Below are positions 7,301-15,396 of a DNA stretch of 51,080 bases, piece after piece (position 1 is the stretch's first letter; each line of letters begins with the position of its first letter). The notes under the pieces are model-generated. The model was not told the DNA's origin and did not search any database. It saw only the letters and a program-made list of their open reading frames with translations. The stretch lies in the IMG/VR virus record IMGVR_UViG_3300050501_000150, positions 1 to 51,080 of that record. One strand, given 5' to 3'. The translations under genes were made by a program, and so were the position numbers. Source of the stretch: a virus.

Positions 7301-8035
7301 TCAAAACATTTCCTTTCTGGCCATGCCGTGGAGTTCGAGCAGGCGGCGCATAATTGACACCCCATACTGGTCGCTTGCCTGGGACCAATGCTCGCGCAGA
7401 TCATCCTTGCCGACGTTGGAAGTCACGACGAGTTGATGGCGATATGTGTAAATCGCATCCATCAGCAGGAATAACTGCTCACCGGCGAACTCGGTCGGGC
7501 GAGCCTTATCAAACTCGTCGAGAAAGATTAGCCAGCGGCGGGAAGAATCGCGCAGGTTTTCGGATGTAATGACCGGGAGTTGCCCAGATCCGCACTCGTA
7601 GCGGCGGAACTGGCCGAGGAGTTCGGCCAAAGGGATCGCCACCGCTGGCCGATCCTGCTCGATGGCGCGCCTATAAAGCAACCAGCCGAACATCGATTTA
7701 CCGCAGCCAACCCTGCCAGCAAGGAGCAGGGACATATCAGGATCTTTGCGCAGGGCCGCAATTAGCGATGGTTGGCCCTCGTGGCGTGTCAGGTCCGGCT
7801 GGATTGTCTCCAGATCCAACCCGCGATATTCGGGCGGAATCCGATCCATCTTCAGGCGTCGCTGCTTCACCTTGAGACATTCGCAGGGCTTTGCCCCCCG
7901 AGGCTCTAGAAATATCCATCCGAGATCCTGACAAGTCGCGCACTCATAAACAGGCTCAGATCTGTCTCGCATCGCGGATTCCAAGTTCTTCAGTTGTTCG
8001 GGCATTACCAGTTTGAGCGGTGTCAGGTTTGCCAT
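7301..8035 (-). CDS. DnaC/IstB-like AAA+ helicase loader with N-terminal Cys cluster
   Basis: 244 aa. Walker A LLLAGRVGCGKS, Walker B LIFLDEFDK, and N-terminal CATCQD...CEC. The start may be internal (8005 or 7972). Confidence 0.8.
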   Translation of the reverse strand: MANLTPLKLVMPEQLKNLESAMRDRSEPVYECATCQDLGWIFLEPRGAKPCECLKVKQRRLKMDRIPPEYRGLDLETIQPDLTRHEGQPSLIAALRKDPDMSLLLAGRVGCGKSMFGWLLYRRAIEQDRPAVAIPLAELLGQFRRYECGSGQLPVITSENLRDSSRRWLIFLDEFDKARPTEFAGEQLFLLMDAIYTYRHQLVVTSNVGKDDLREHWSQASDQYGVSIMRRLLELHGMARKEMF

Positions 8036-8765
8036 TGGTCTTAAATCCCCCTTTCTCTGGGATTCCGGTGACGGTCCAATCGAATAGCCAGGCGAAATTG
8101 TCTGGCCTGTAGCCGCGTTTAATCCAAGCGATGTAACAGGCCTGAATCTTTCCAGTGTCCGGGGAGTCCCCCAAAAACTGAATCATCTCGTCCCAAAGCT
8201 CTTTCTTCGGGTAGCGGGAGGTTGCAGCCTTTATGGCCAGAATTGCCGGATGCTTACTCCGGGGATCTCCGGGTTTCGGCTTTCGCTTTTTCGCGCCTAT
8301 ATCTCTCTTGTCTTCTCCTAAAGAACTTTCTTCTAGAGATAAAGAATCATGTATATAGGCAACGTCTTTTTGCTCAATCGTTACATCAGCGTTACTTGAG
8401 CGTTTCTCAGGCGTTACTGAAGCGTTACATCTATGCCTTCTCACCCGTTCCGCAGCCAAAACCCTTTGTTTTAGTTTGACTTGCATCCTCTTGCTGATGA
8501 CCGTTACATTTCCATCTCTCTCGTGAGTCTCCGCAACCTGGGTGGTTCGTAATTCAGCTATGGCCGCGACGAATTCAGCGGGAGTGCAGCGACATACACG
8601 GCAGAATTGATCGGGCGTGTATGTGACTTGACCACTACGACCTAACTCGTGAAGGACGCATAACAAATCGAACCAGATCCCCCGTGTTGATGGAGAACAC
8701 ATTGAAAGACCGGAATCTTTCATATCATCAACCAGATCCTCCGCATTGAAATCATTCCCACGCAT
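7956..8765 (-). CDS. Putative replication initiator/organizer protein
   Basis: 269 aa immediately upstream of the DnaC-like gene. The call rests on position and general resemblance only. Confidence 0.45.
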   Translation of the reverse strand: MRGNDFNAEDLVDDMKDSGLSMCSPSTRGIWFDLLCVLHELGRSGQVTYTPDQFCRVCRCTPAEFVAAIAELRTTQVAETHERDGNVTVISKRMQVKLKQRVLAAERVRRHRCNASVTPEKRSSNADVTIEQKDVAYIHDSLSLEESSLGEDKRDIGAKKRKPKPGDPRSKHPAILAIKAATSRYPKKELWDEMIQFLGDSPDTGKIQACYIAWIKRGYRPDNFAWLFDWTVTGIPEKGGFKTNGKPDTAQTGNARTTEELGIRDARQI

Positions 8766-9400
8766 TAAAGTAATTCTCGAATCGCTTCGATCAACTGTTC
8801 GGCATCACCATTAAAATTGCGCACTAACACCTTGGCAGCCTTCTTAATGTCAGCGGGCACGGTAAAGGTCTTCGGTCGGAACCCGGCCTTCACCATTGCG
8901 GCGTTGGCCGACATCTGGCCAGCAATAACTTTCTCGTGGAGCTTTGGAGCGGATTTGCGCAGGCGACGAAGCGCAGCGGCTTGGCTTGTTCCCGAGGGAG
9001 CGGGATCAGTTTTTATATTATACAAACTGATTTTAGCCTCTTCTGATTTTCTATCGCCCCCGTTCTTGCCCTGGATCTCCTTCTCCAGCTCATCCAATGC
9101 TTCGGGATCGTCAGCACACAGGCGCCGCAATGTCTTAATGTCCGCTCCCAGTCCTTCCAGCGGCTTTGCGCTCACGAACTCGGCAAACCTCTCGAACTTG
9201 ACGACCTGCTTTGTCTGTCTGATATACCGCTCCCGCCAGCACCCCTCCTTGATGATCTTCTTCAGGAGGCCGGGGACATTGCCTAAGCCGTGTTCGCCGC
9301 TGCTAATGGCGTGCCCTAGCGCGTCCGTCACTTCGTAGTTGTAGATCAGGCTAGATTGATCCATCGCCAGCCTCCTGTAACTTTGCGCTGAGATATTCAA
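8765..9400 (-). CDS. Hypothetical protein, possible DNA-binding C-terminus
   Basis: 211 aa. C-terminal TSQAAALRRLRKSAPKLHEKVIAGQMSANAAMVKAGF looks HTH-like. An alternative start is at 9364. Confidence 0.55.
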   Translation of the reverse strand: MNISAQSYRRLAMDQSSLIYNYEVTDALGHAISSGEHGLGNVPGLLKKIIKEGCWRERYIRQTKQVVKFERFAEFVSAKPLEGLGADIKTLRRLCADDPEALDELEKEIQGKNGGDRKSEEAKISLYNIKTDPAPSGTSQAAALRRLRKSAPKLHEKVIAGQMSANAAMVKAGFRPKTFTVPADIKKAAKVLVRNFNGDAEQLIEAIRELL

Positions 9401-11249
9401 TGCGGCGCCTCAGTCCATCTTCGTCGGCCTGGCGCGGGGTTTTATGGCGAGCCTCTAGGCAGGAATTATTCACGAACTTGATACAGGTCTCGTAAGACTG
9501 GCCCGTCCTAGATTGAAGAATGTACGCCCATCGATTGGCGAGCTTTTTAGCCACGTTCCGCAATTGCGCCTTGCGCTCGTCTTTAGAGGTCTTCCGAGAC
9601 TCGGCAGACGGTCGCGGGCTTTCTGCGGTCTGGCCTTCGAATAGTTCGCGCAGTTCGTCGAGGGAGGCGGCCAGTTTGACGGCTGCAATACCTAGCTTCT
9701 TGGCGATTGGCGCTAGCTTCTCAAGCTCGACTTGTTGGTATTCGTGGCCATCATGGATCGCGCCATCGGGGCGGGCCGTGGCGTCATAGGCGATAATTGG
9801 GGTTCTCACTCGCGGCCTTTCAGCGTCTTCGCCTTCCATCTCCCGACGTACCGCTTCACGTTGTTCGCGTAGAACGTGGTCGCGCTCGTGCTTTACTTCA
9901 AGCGCATGGATCACGAGGCGCTTATCTTTCGGAATGAAGAAATAGGCGTCCGTGTCTTCGCTATTCCTGCGACGCACGATACGCCCTATAGCCTGGCGAA
10001 AGAACAAAGCCGATGTGACGTTGGTTGCGTAGACGCAGACGCGAAGCCTCGGAATGTCCACGCCTTCGCTGACCATCTTCACCGCCACAATCCATGGCGA
10101 CGAGCCGCGCTCGAATTCAACTATGCGCCGCGAGGCGTCTTCATCTTCCGAAATGGCTATAACCGGATCATACCCGGTGACTTTCTTTATCAGCCGGGCC
10201 GCTTCTTTGGCGTGGTTTTGATCCATCGCTATCAGCAATCCGCCAGCGTCCGGTTCATCTTCTCGAATGCGCATCAATTCGCCGTGCGCCTCTCTGATCA
10301 CGTCTTCCATCCAAGTCGGCGCTAGCAATGCCGCCCGTAGTCTCTGGCCGGCCTCTTCCTCTGTGAGTTCATCATCGAAGGTATGGGTGCGCATCTCGTC
10401 TTCAGATAGCCAACTGATTTCACCCTCAAAGGCCGGGAAATAAACCGAACGACACACATCATCACGAAGCGCATCGGCATAACCATAATCATAATCGGCG
10501 CTACTCTTATTATTCTCGTACTGTATGAATGGGATCGGGTTGTTGTCCCGCCTAAATGGCGTACCCGATATGCAAAGACGGAATGCGGCGGGACCAAAGG
10601 CGTGTTGTATCGCATCACCCCACGTCATATTCGCCCCGGCATGGTGAATCTCATCGAAGATAACGAATGTCCGCCCCGCAAGACGCCTGTGCAAGTCGGG
10701 CTGAGATCCAACGGCTTGATACGTAACTACAATGCCGTGATAGTCGCGCGCCTCGCGCCCGTCCGCGTTCTCAAATTCGCCATTAAGATCAATCCCGCAG
10801 CGGTGCGCCGACTTCACCCACTGCTTGCGCAAGTGCGAGGAAGGGGCGACGACTACAATCCGATCGACCTTGCCGCCGCTGAGCATTAAATGAGCGCAGC
10901 GCATAGCGAAAATAGTCTTCCCGGCACCGGGCGTTGCCACGGCTAAAAAGTCGAACGACTCATGGCGAATGAATCTATCGAATGCTTCCTTTTGCCATTC
11001 CCGCAACTCAAGATTGCTGGGCCACTCTCCTAATTTCTCGGCCATTCTTCTATTTCCTTTCTTCAGGTTACACTTGGGGCATAGGGCACGAATGTTTGTC
11101 GCATCTGTAACCCCGCCGAGCGAATAGGGCTGGCCGTGATCACCATGCCAGCCCGGTTCCAATTCTTCGCCGCAGTCTTCACACTTGCCGCCAGCTATCA
11201 GAAAAGCAGCGACTCTTTCGCTCGTGTTGAATCTGCGGCGCTCCATCAT
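9351..11249 (-). CDS. HNH endonuclease fused to SF2 (DEAH) helicase
   Basis: 632 aa. HNH: CEDCG..HGDH..N..CPKCN. Helicase motifs ATPGAGKT (I), DEIHH (II), SGTPFR (III), QAIGRIVR (VI). Confidence 0.9.
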   Translation of the reverse strand: MMERRRFNTSERVAAFLIAGGKCEDCGEELEPGWHGDHGQPYSLGGVTDATNIRALCPKCNLKKGNRRMAEKLGEWPSNLELREWQKEAFDRFIRHESFDFLAVATPGAGKTIFAMRCAHLMLSGGKVDRIVVVAPSSHLRKQWVKSAHRCGIDLNGEFENADGREARDYHGIVVTYQAVGSQPDLHRRLAGRTFVIFDEIHHAGANMTWGDAIQHAFGPAAFRLCISGTPFRRDNNPIPFIQYENNKSSADYDYGYADALRDDVCRSVYFPAFEGEISWLSEDEMRTHTFDDELTEEEAGQRLRAALLAPTWMEDVIREAHGELMRIREDEPDAGGLLIAMDQNHAKEAARLIKKVTGYDPVIAISEDEDASRRIVEFERGSSPWIVAVKMVSEGVDIPRLRVCVYATNVTSALFFRQAIGRIVRRRNSEDTDAYFFIPKDKRLVIHALEVKHERDHVLREQREAVRREMEGEDAERPRVRTPIIAYDATARPDGAIHDGHEYQQVELEKLAPIAKKLGIAAVKLAASLDELRELFEGQTAESPRPSAESRKTSKDERKAQLRNVAKKLANRWAYILQSRTGQSYETCIKFVNNSCLEARHKTPRQADEDGLRRRIEYLSAKLQEAGDGSI

Positions 11250-11615
11250 TTAAGCCTTCGCCTTGCAGTAAGAGCCGTCAGCCAGTTTCTTCGGGCAAAA
11301 AAATCCGCCTCTTTGGCCTGGCCTCATCTGCGAGCCGTGAACCGGACAGGTGGGAACGTCTCCAGCGGTTGCCGGCGCGCTCTCCTGCGGCGCCCTGACG
11401 GCGGCTTTCAGCGGCTGCCATCCGGCGTTGAGCAGTTTGCCCACCATGTTGTTGTAATGCTCGATTAGCTTCTCGGCCTGGCTGGCCTGCGGGCAACGGA
11501 ACGTCAACATCACTTCCTGCCCCGAGCCGTCGAGCATCTTCACATTCATTGAAAAGCCGGCTTCCATCGTCGTGACGGCCGGCTGTTGCGCTTGCTGTGT
11601 TGCTTGTTCTGCCAT
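11250..11615 (-). CDS. Hypothetical protein with C-terminal Cys/His cluster
   Basis: ATG at 11615 preceded by GGGAGGAG. C-terminus CPVHGSQM...FFCPKKLADGSYC. Confidence 0.65.
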   Translation of the reverse strand: MAEQATQQAQQPAVTTMEAGFSMNVKMLDGSGQEVMLTFRCPQASQAEKLIEHYNNMVGKLLNAGWQPLKAAVRAPQESAPATAGDVPTCPVHGSQMRPGQRGGFFCPKKLADGSYCKAKA

Positions 11616-11642
11616 AGCTCCTCCCATTGTTCTGATTAACTG

Positions 11643-11738
11643 TTAGCAATTGAACATCCACCAAACGACGATCCATAAAACGACGCCCGCCCCGATCGAG
11701 TACGCCGCGCCTTCCCAGAATTTCAGATCGTGTTTCAT
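11643..11738 (-). CDS. 31-aa hydrophobic micro-protein
   Basis: ATG at 11738 preceded by AAGAGGA. Sequence MKHDLKFWEGAAYSIGAGVVLWIVVWWMFNC. The 83-aa extension to 11894 (GTG) has no SD. Confidence 0.5.
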   Translation of the reverse strand: MKHDLKFWEGAAYSIGAGVVLWIVVWWMFNC

Positions 11739-11936
11739 GATTCCTCTTTGTTTAACTGCCCCGCCGCGACCGGTTTCGCCGGATTTATCTGCGCTTTTCT
11801 TGATTACGAACGTCCAAAACCAAAAGAACAACGCGGCGGGGCATTCCCCATAGGTTTGACACAGATTCGTTGATTTCCCCTGCGCCCCCACCACACTGCA
11901 TGCCGCCGGTCGGGCGCGGGGCCGGCGGTGAAGAGT

Positions 11937-12386
11937 TCAATGTTTCAGCCAATCAACCACGGTCCCGCAGTCGGGACACGCGCCTTCCGTTAACTTGCCA
12001 AGCGGAAATACTTGACGGCAGCCGCCGCACAGTAGCGGTAGATTGTCTCTATCCTTCTCGGCCTCGATCTCGCGTATGCGCTTCAGTTCAGCCGCCGCAT
12101 GCTCGGCGTATATCTGGCCTGCAACCTCGATGATCTCCGATAGATTCTCGGCGAGCTTCATCTCGGCCTGGGTCAGTTCATTCGCCAGCCGAATGCGGCC
12201 GTCCGAGATCTGCCAGTTCTCGTCGGCGAATCTCTCGTCAAATGCCGCCAGGCGAATGCGTCTATTCTTCGCGGTGATCATCTCCCGCCTACGATCGGTG
12301 AATAACTGCTCCATGCGATCGAGCGTGTCCTGCGTCGGCAGCTCTTCGACGAATGTGTCTGAGTATTCAATTTGGGCAATATTCAT
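11937..12386 (-). CDS. Hypothetical protein with C-terminal zinc ribbon
   Basis: 149 aa with GGAGG SD. CGGC...CPDCG at the C-terminus. Confidence 0.7.
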   Translation of the reverse strand: MNIAQIEYSDTFVEELPTQDTLDRMEQLFTDRRREMITAKNRRIRLAAFDERFADENWQISDGRIRLANELTQAEMKLAENLSEIIEVAGQIYAEHAAAELKRIREIEAEKDRDNLPLLCGGCRQVFPLGKLTEGACPDCGTVVDWLKH

Positions 12387-12553
12387 TTCTTAACCTCCGT
12401 TGCGCTAATTACCCGCGACGGCTTAGTGTTTTTGCGCTTGATCACGCGATCAGCAAGAATCCAGGCGATCTCGCTGTTGGCCGCTTTGATCGGCAGCGAC
12501 ACGATCTTGCCGCCGATGTCAACTTTAACTTCGAACTCTTTGTCCTTTGCCAT
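12383..12553 (-). CDS. Hypothetical 56-aa protein
   Basis: Internal ATG of the 119-aa ORF (MAKDKEFEVKV...). ATGA overlap with the next gene. No clear SD. Confidence 0.35.
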   Translation of the reverse strand: MAKDKEFEVKVDIGGKIVSLPIKAANSEIAWILADRVIKRKNTKPSRVISATEVKK

Positions 12554-12917
12554 TGACGTGTATACCGGCGAGCAGGTCGGCGGCTTCGTTGCAGCGCCGC
12601 GCGGCTGCTCTGAGTTCCTTCTCGGCCTCGGCGTCGGACTTCTGGGCGCTCTGGCCGCGAGCGCGACGGCCTGCGGCGGCCTCGCTGTTGATATAGTCGA
12701 GGATTTCGTCAACGCCTTCTGGGTTTCTGGCGCCAACTGCATCGAGTAATAGCATTAGGTTTTCGAGCGGGTTGAAACGTCCTGTGGCTGTGCTGTCGTC
12801 GGCCTCGGGTTCTCTGCGCCACTTCTTAACCGTATCGACAGAGCAGCGCATCAGTTTTGCAATGCGTTCAGCTTCTCCCCGTGGTATGGCTTGTTCTAAA
12901 ATCTCCCACGTCTGCAT
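12525..12917 (-). CDS. Putative HTH regulatory protein
   Basis: 130 aa. N-terminal AERIAKLMRCSVDTVKKWRR is HTH-like. Confidence 0.55.
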   Translation of the reverse strand: MQTWEILEQAIPRGEAERIAKLMRCSVDTVKKWRREPEADDSTATGRFNPLENLMLLLDAVGARNPEGVDEILDYINSEAAAGRRARGQSAQKSDAEAEKELRAAARRCNEAADLLAGIHVNGKGQRVRS

Positions 12918-12951
12918 ATCTCTGTGTCCCGTTTCTGCTTGATAAAAATAC

Positions 12952-13158
12952 TTACATCTCGGGGCAGTACCCCGTATTGTTCGCGTATGCTATCCACGCT
13001 CTCCCGTAGGAAAACTCATTACCGTTTGCGGTCAACGCAGCGTCTTGCGCCGTGGCGTATGGTGGCGTGTAGTCGGCGATGGTGGGCGTGTCGTCGGTGT
13101 GTCTCTGGGTGTTCAAGTAAATATCGGTCCTGGGGCTAATAGGTATAATTTCTGTCAT
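12952..13158 (-). CDS. Hypothetical protein
   Basis: 68-aa ORF in line with the early operon. Confidence 0.5.
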   Translation of the reverse strand: MTEIIPISPRTDIYLNTQRHTDDTPTIADYTPPYATAQDAALTANGNEFSYGRAWIAYANNTGYCPEM

Positions 13159-13193
13159 TGTGTTTAGGTCTTTGACAAGTAACGTTAGTAGTT

Positions 13194-13229
13194 AATCGGC
13201 GATTGGTCTTGGCGGGCAAATCGCCGATT
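13194..13229. repeat. Perfect 11-bp inverted repeat in an ORF-free early-operon gap
   Basis: AATCGGCGATT (13194-13204) and AATCGCCGATT (13219-13229) with a 14-nt spacer. Related palindromes at 13340-13350 and 13419-13429. Confidence 0.85.
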
Positions 13230-13432
13230 CGTGTATATAGCGACGGGCATCGCACCCGCCTGGAGGTCATTCACCCTGATTTTTGCGGCCCAGGGCTACC
13301 ATCATTCGCAGGGCGCCCACCTCTAGCGCGCCTCTTGATGGCGAATCGCCTCCCTCTTCTGGGCCTATTGGTTCCCTTGCCGTCCGTCATTTCCTTGAAC
13401 CGGAGGGGATCGCACGGCGGCGATTCGCCAAA

Positions 13433-13732
13433 CTAAAAACAGCTCAACTCGAACGCCTGAAAAGCGTCGTAGTTCTTCGGATTGTTCTTCCACTCGATCA
13501 GGGCGTCGAAAAGCTCTTGCTTGACCTTGTAGGTCGGGAAGTGTCCATGCGGCATCCGTCCAATGAGGCCTCGCTCAACGAGTTTAGTAACCGTGCGCCG
13601 CGCTCCGTTATGGGCGTTGTCGCGGCGCGGAAAGACCTCTTGCGGTTCAAACTGCGGCAATGGATCAACGTTCGTTAGCCCGTAAAGAGCCGCCGCGACT
13701 TCTGCTTGTGCAAGTGTTAGTTTGTTAGCCAT
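13433..13732 (-). CDS. Hypothetical protein (possible winged-helix)
   Basis: 99 aa with AAGGGAG SD. Contains RRTVTKLVERGLIG. Confidence 0.65.
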   Translation of the reverse strand: MANKLTLAQAEVAAALYGLTNVDPLPQFEPQEVFPRRDNAHNGARRTVTKLVERGLIGRMPHGHFPTYKVKQELFDALIEWKNNPKNYDAFQAFELSCF

Positions 13733-13763
13733 TGGTTACTCCCTTTCTTGAAACATCATCCCG

Positions 13764-13833
13764 AGGGGCGCGGCCTCCGATCCCCCAATCTTCAACCGCG
13801 CCCCTGGTGGCATCGGAGGCGCGTTGCCTCCGA
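13764..13833 (-). promoter_or_regulatory. Interleaved GC-rich stems (candidate regulatory RNA structure)
   Basis: AGGGGCGCGG (13764-73) pairs with CCGCGCCCCT (13796-805). CCTCCGAT (13774-81) pairs with ATCGGAGG (13812-19). A third copy, CCTCCGA, lies at 13827-33. Confidence 0.35.
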
Positions 13834-13976
13834 ATCTGGAAAGATCGAATTGCTGCGGGCCGAATTGCACGGCTAAGGAAACGACTGGGTTCTAGTCATC
13901 CGCTATGCGTTAGACATCACCCCGGATGCGTCCTGCGTGTCACCTGTCCACGCCGCCGCAGCATCTTGAGGTAGCC

Positions 13977-14261
13977 CTACTTGCATCTCGCAATCCGTGC
14001 CACTTCGTCTGCTGATTTCATCTCGTAAAGTTGTTCGCGCGCCACATCGTTTATGGCTCCGCAGAAATCCGACATGCCCATATAACCTCGAAGTTTGGGA
14101 TGCGTCGTGCGCCAGCTTTTTGGGTCGATACGCAGCTCCCATCCCGTCGTGTCGTTCTTGATAGTCCAGACTTCACCGTTCGGGAACTTCACGGTTTCGC
14201 CTTCACACGGTTGGTTGAAAACGTGAATGTGTTCCGCTGCGTAATTAGCGTAATTCGACAT
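13977..14261 (-). CDS. Hypothetical protein
   Basis: 94-aa ORF with AAGGAG SD. Confidence 0.7.
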   Translation of the reverse strand: MSNYANYAAEHIHVFNQPCEGETVKFPNGEVWTIKNDTTGWELRIDPKSWRTTHPKLRGYMGMSDFCGAINDVAREQLYEMKSADEVARIARCK

Positions 14262-14374
14262 AACCGCTCCTTATTTCAATCTGCAGGGCGGCGCTTCCAA
14301 CACCGCCCCGCCTTCGTTTCGCGCCCAACCGTCCATTCGTCGTGGCGCCGTTACTCGGCCGCGTTGGCCGAATG

Positions 14375-14677
14375 TCATTTCAATAATCCGAGGGACTTCA
14401 TTGTCCCCGTCGCGCCCAGACGCCGCAGCGTCGGCAGCGCGGATTCATAACCATTGCCTTTAAATTCTCTTTTCACCGGCGCTGGCGTGCGGCTCGCAGC
14501 GATCCACTGTTCAACGTGTTCGCGGCGCACATAAAGCCGCGTGTGGTATCCGCCCGGCTGCCAGCGCTCAATCGAGGGAAAGTGCTTGTATGAACCGTCC
14601 GCGTTTTTCATTCGGAAGTAGTCTTGAGGCCGGCACATCAGCGCGGCGGCTTCGCGGTAGTCGATCCATTCGTTCAT
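14375..14677 (-). CDS. Excisionase/AlpA-like HTH DNA-binding protein
   Basis: ATG at 14677 with GGGGAGG SD and ATGA overlap. WIDYREAAALM ... YVRREHVEQWI resembles the excisionase-type HTH pattern. Confidence 0.55.
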   Translation of the reverse strand: MNEWIDYREAAALMCRPQDYFRMKNADGSYKHFPSIERWQPGGYHTRLYVRREHVEQWIAASRTPAPVKREFKGNGYESALPTLRRLGATGTMKSLGLLK

Positions 14678-15027
14678 TGATCGACCTCCCCGTAGAGTTC
14701 CTTCGCGGCAACGCTCATCGCGCCCCAATAGTCCCGGCGGTTTTCAGTCATGATTTGGTAAGCCCGACGTTGACACGCCATATGGGCAATTGCCTGTGCG
14801 TGAGCGCCCGCAAGATAAAAATCGCCCTTCTCTATCTGCGTATGTATGTGGCGCAAATGATACTCACACGCCTCATCCCACTGATCGTCCATGAAAGTCG
14901 TGATCAGTGGGGCTTTGCGCTGTTTGCGCGGCGCATCGTTCTGGCGTTGCTGGCGGCAGCGGATTGTTTTCGGTGAGTCGTATGCCATAACGAAAAGGAA
15001 TGTACGCCAATGGCTAACAGTTGTCAA
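14674..15027 (-). CDS. Hypothetical protein
   Basis: 117-aa ORF. Start uncertain: TTG at 15027 or ATG at 14988, neither with a good SD. Confidence 0.45.
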   Translation of the reverse strand: MTTVSHWRTFLFVMAYDSPKTIRCRQQRQNDAPRKQRKAPLITTFMDDQWDEACEYHLRHIHTQIEKGDFYLAGAHAQAIAHMACQRRAYQIMTENRRDYWGAMSVAAKELYGEVDQ

Positions 15028-15056
15028 TACCTGCCTAACAAGTTTTTCAAAAAAAA

Positions 15057-15299
15057 TTACGCCGCCATCTCGAAGGCGGTAAGCGCAAGCAAATCAACGC
15101 CATACAGCGCGCACATGCGCGCAAGCGTGGTAGGCGACGGTTTCTGACCGCCATTTTCATATTGCCAGAGCCGTTCCCGGTGAATGCCAAGCATTTCCGT
15201 CGCTACCTTATTCGCGGATAAGTCTGGGAATTTGGCCAGCCTCGCCTGCTTGAGCTTGTTGGGATCGAATATCAGCTTTTGAACTAGTCTCGGTTCCAT
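15057..15299 (-). CDS. Cro-like XRE-family HTH repressor
   Basis: 80 aa with HTH (NKVATEMLGIHRERLWQYENG). Divergent from the CI-like gene. Confidence 0.85.
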   Translation of the reverse strand: MEPRLVQKLIFDPNKLKQARLAKFPDLSANKVATEMLGIHRERLWQYENGGQKPSPTTLARMCALYGVDLLALTAFEMAA

Positions 15300-15396
15300 G
15301 CGCGCAGTGTAGCCAGGAATGCTTATTTAGTCAACCATTGGCTAACACATTTTTACACACGGTTAACAGATCTAGTGTTATTCATTGCCTAACGGT
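15300..15396. promoter_or_regulatory. CI/Cro divergent switch region with repeated TGSCTAAC-type sites
   Basis: TTGGCTAACA at 15337-46, CGGTTAACAG at 15359-68, TTGCCTAAC at 15385-93. Candidate plus-strand promoter: TTTACA (15351-56), 18 nt, TGTTAT (15375-80). Confidence 0.65.
15305..15333 (-). promoter_or_regulatory. Candidate early-left promoter giving a leaderless cro-like mRNA
   Basis: On the minus strand TTGACT (15333-15328), 17-nt spacer, TACACT (15310-15305), then only GCGCC before the ATG at 15299. No SD. Confidence 0.5.

Noticed and set aside
11739-11894. Long 83-aa version of the small membrane ORF
   Set aside because: It needs a GTG start with no SD, whereas the internal ATG at 11738 has AAGAGGA at ideal spacing. 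The upstream part contains hairpins and a U-rich run, which fits a leader better.
13203-13678. Plus-strand ORFs of 77 and 131 aa in the early-operon gap
   Set aside because: They lie on the opposite strand to every neighbouring gene, have no SD and are Arg/Pro/Leu-rich. One overlaps the credible 13433-13732 gene. I treat the region as non-coding.
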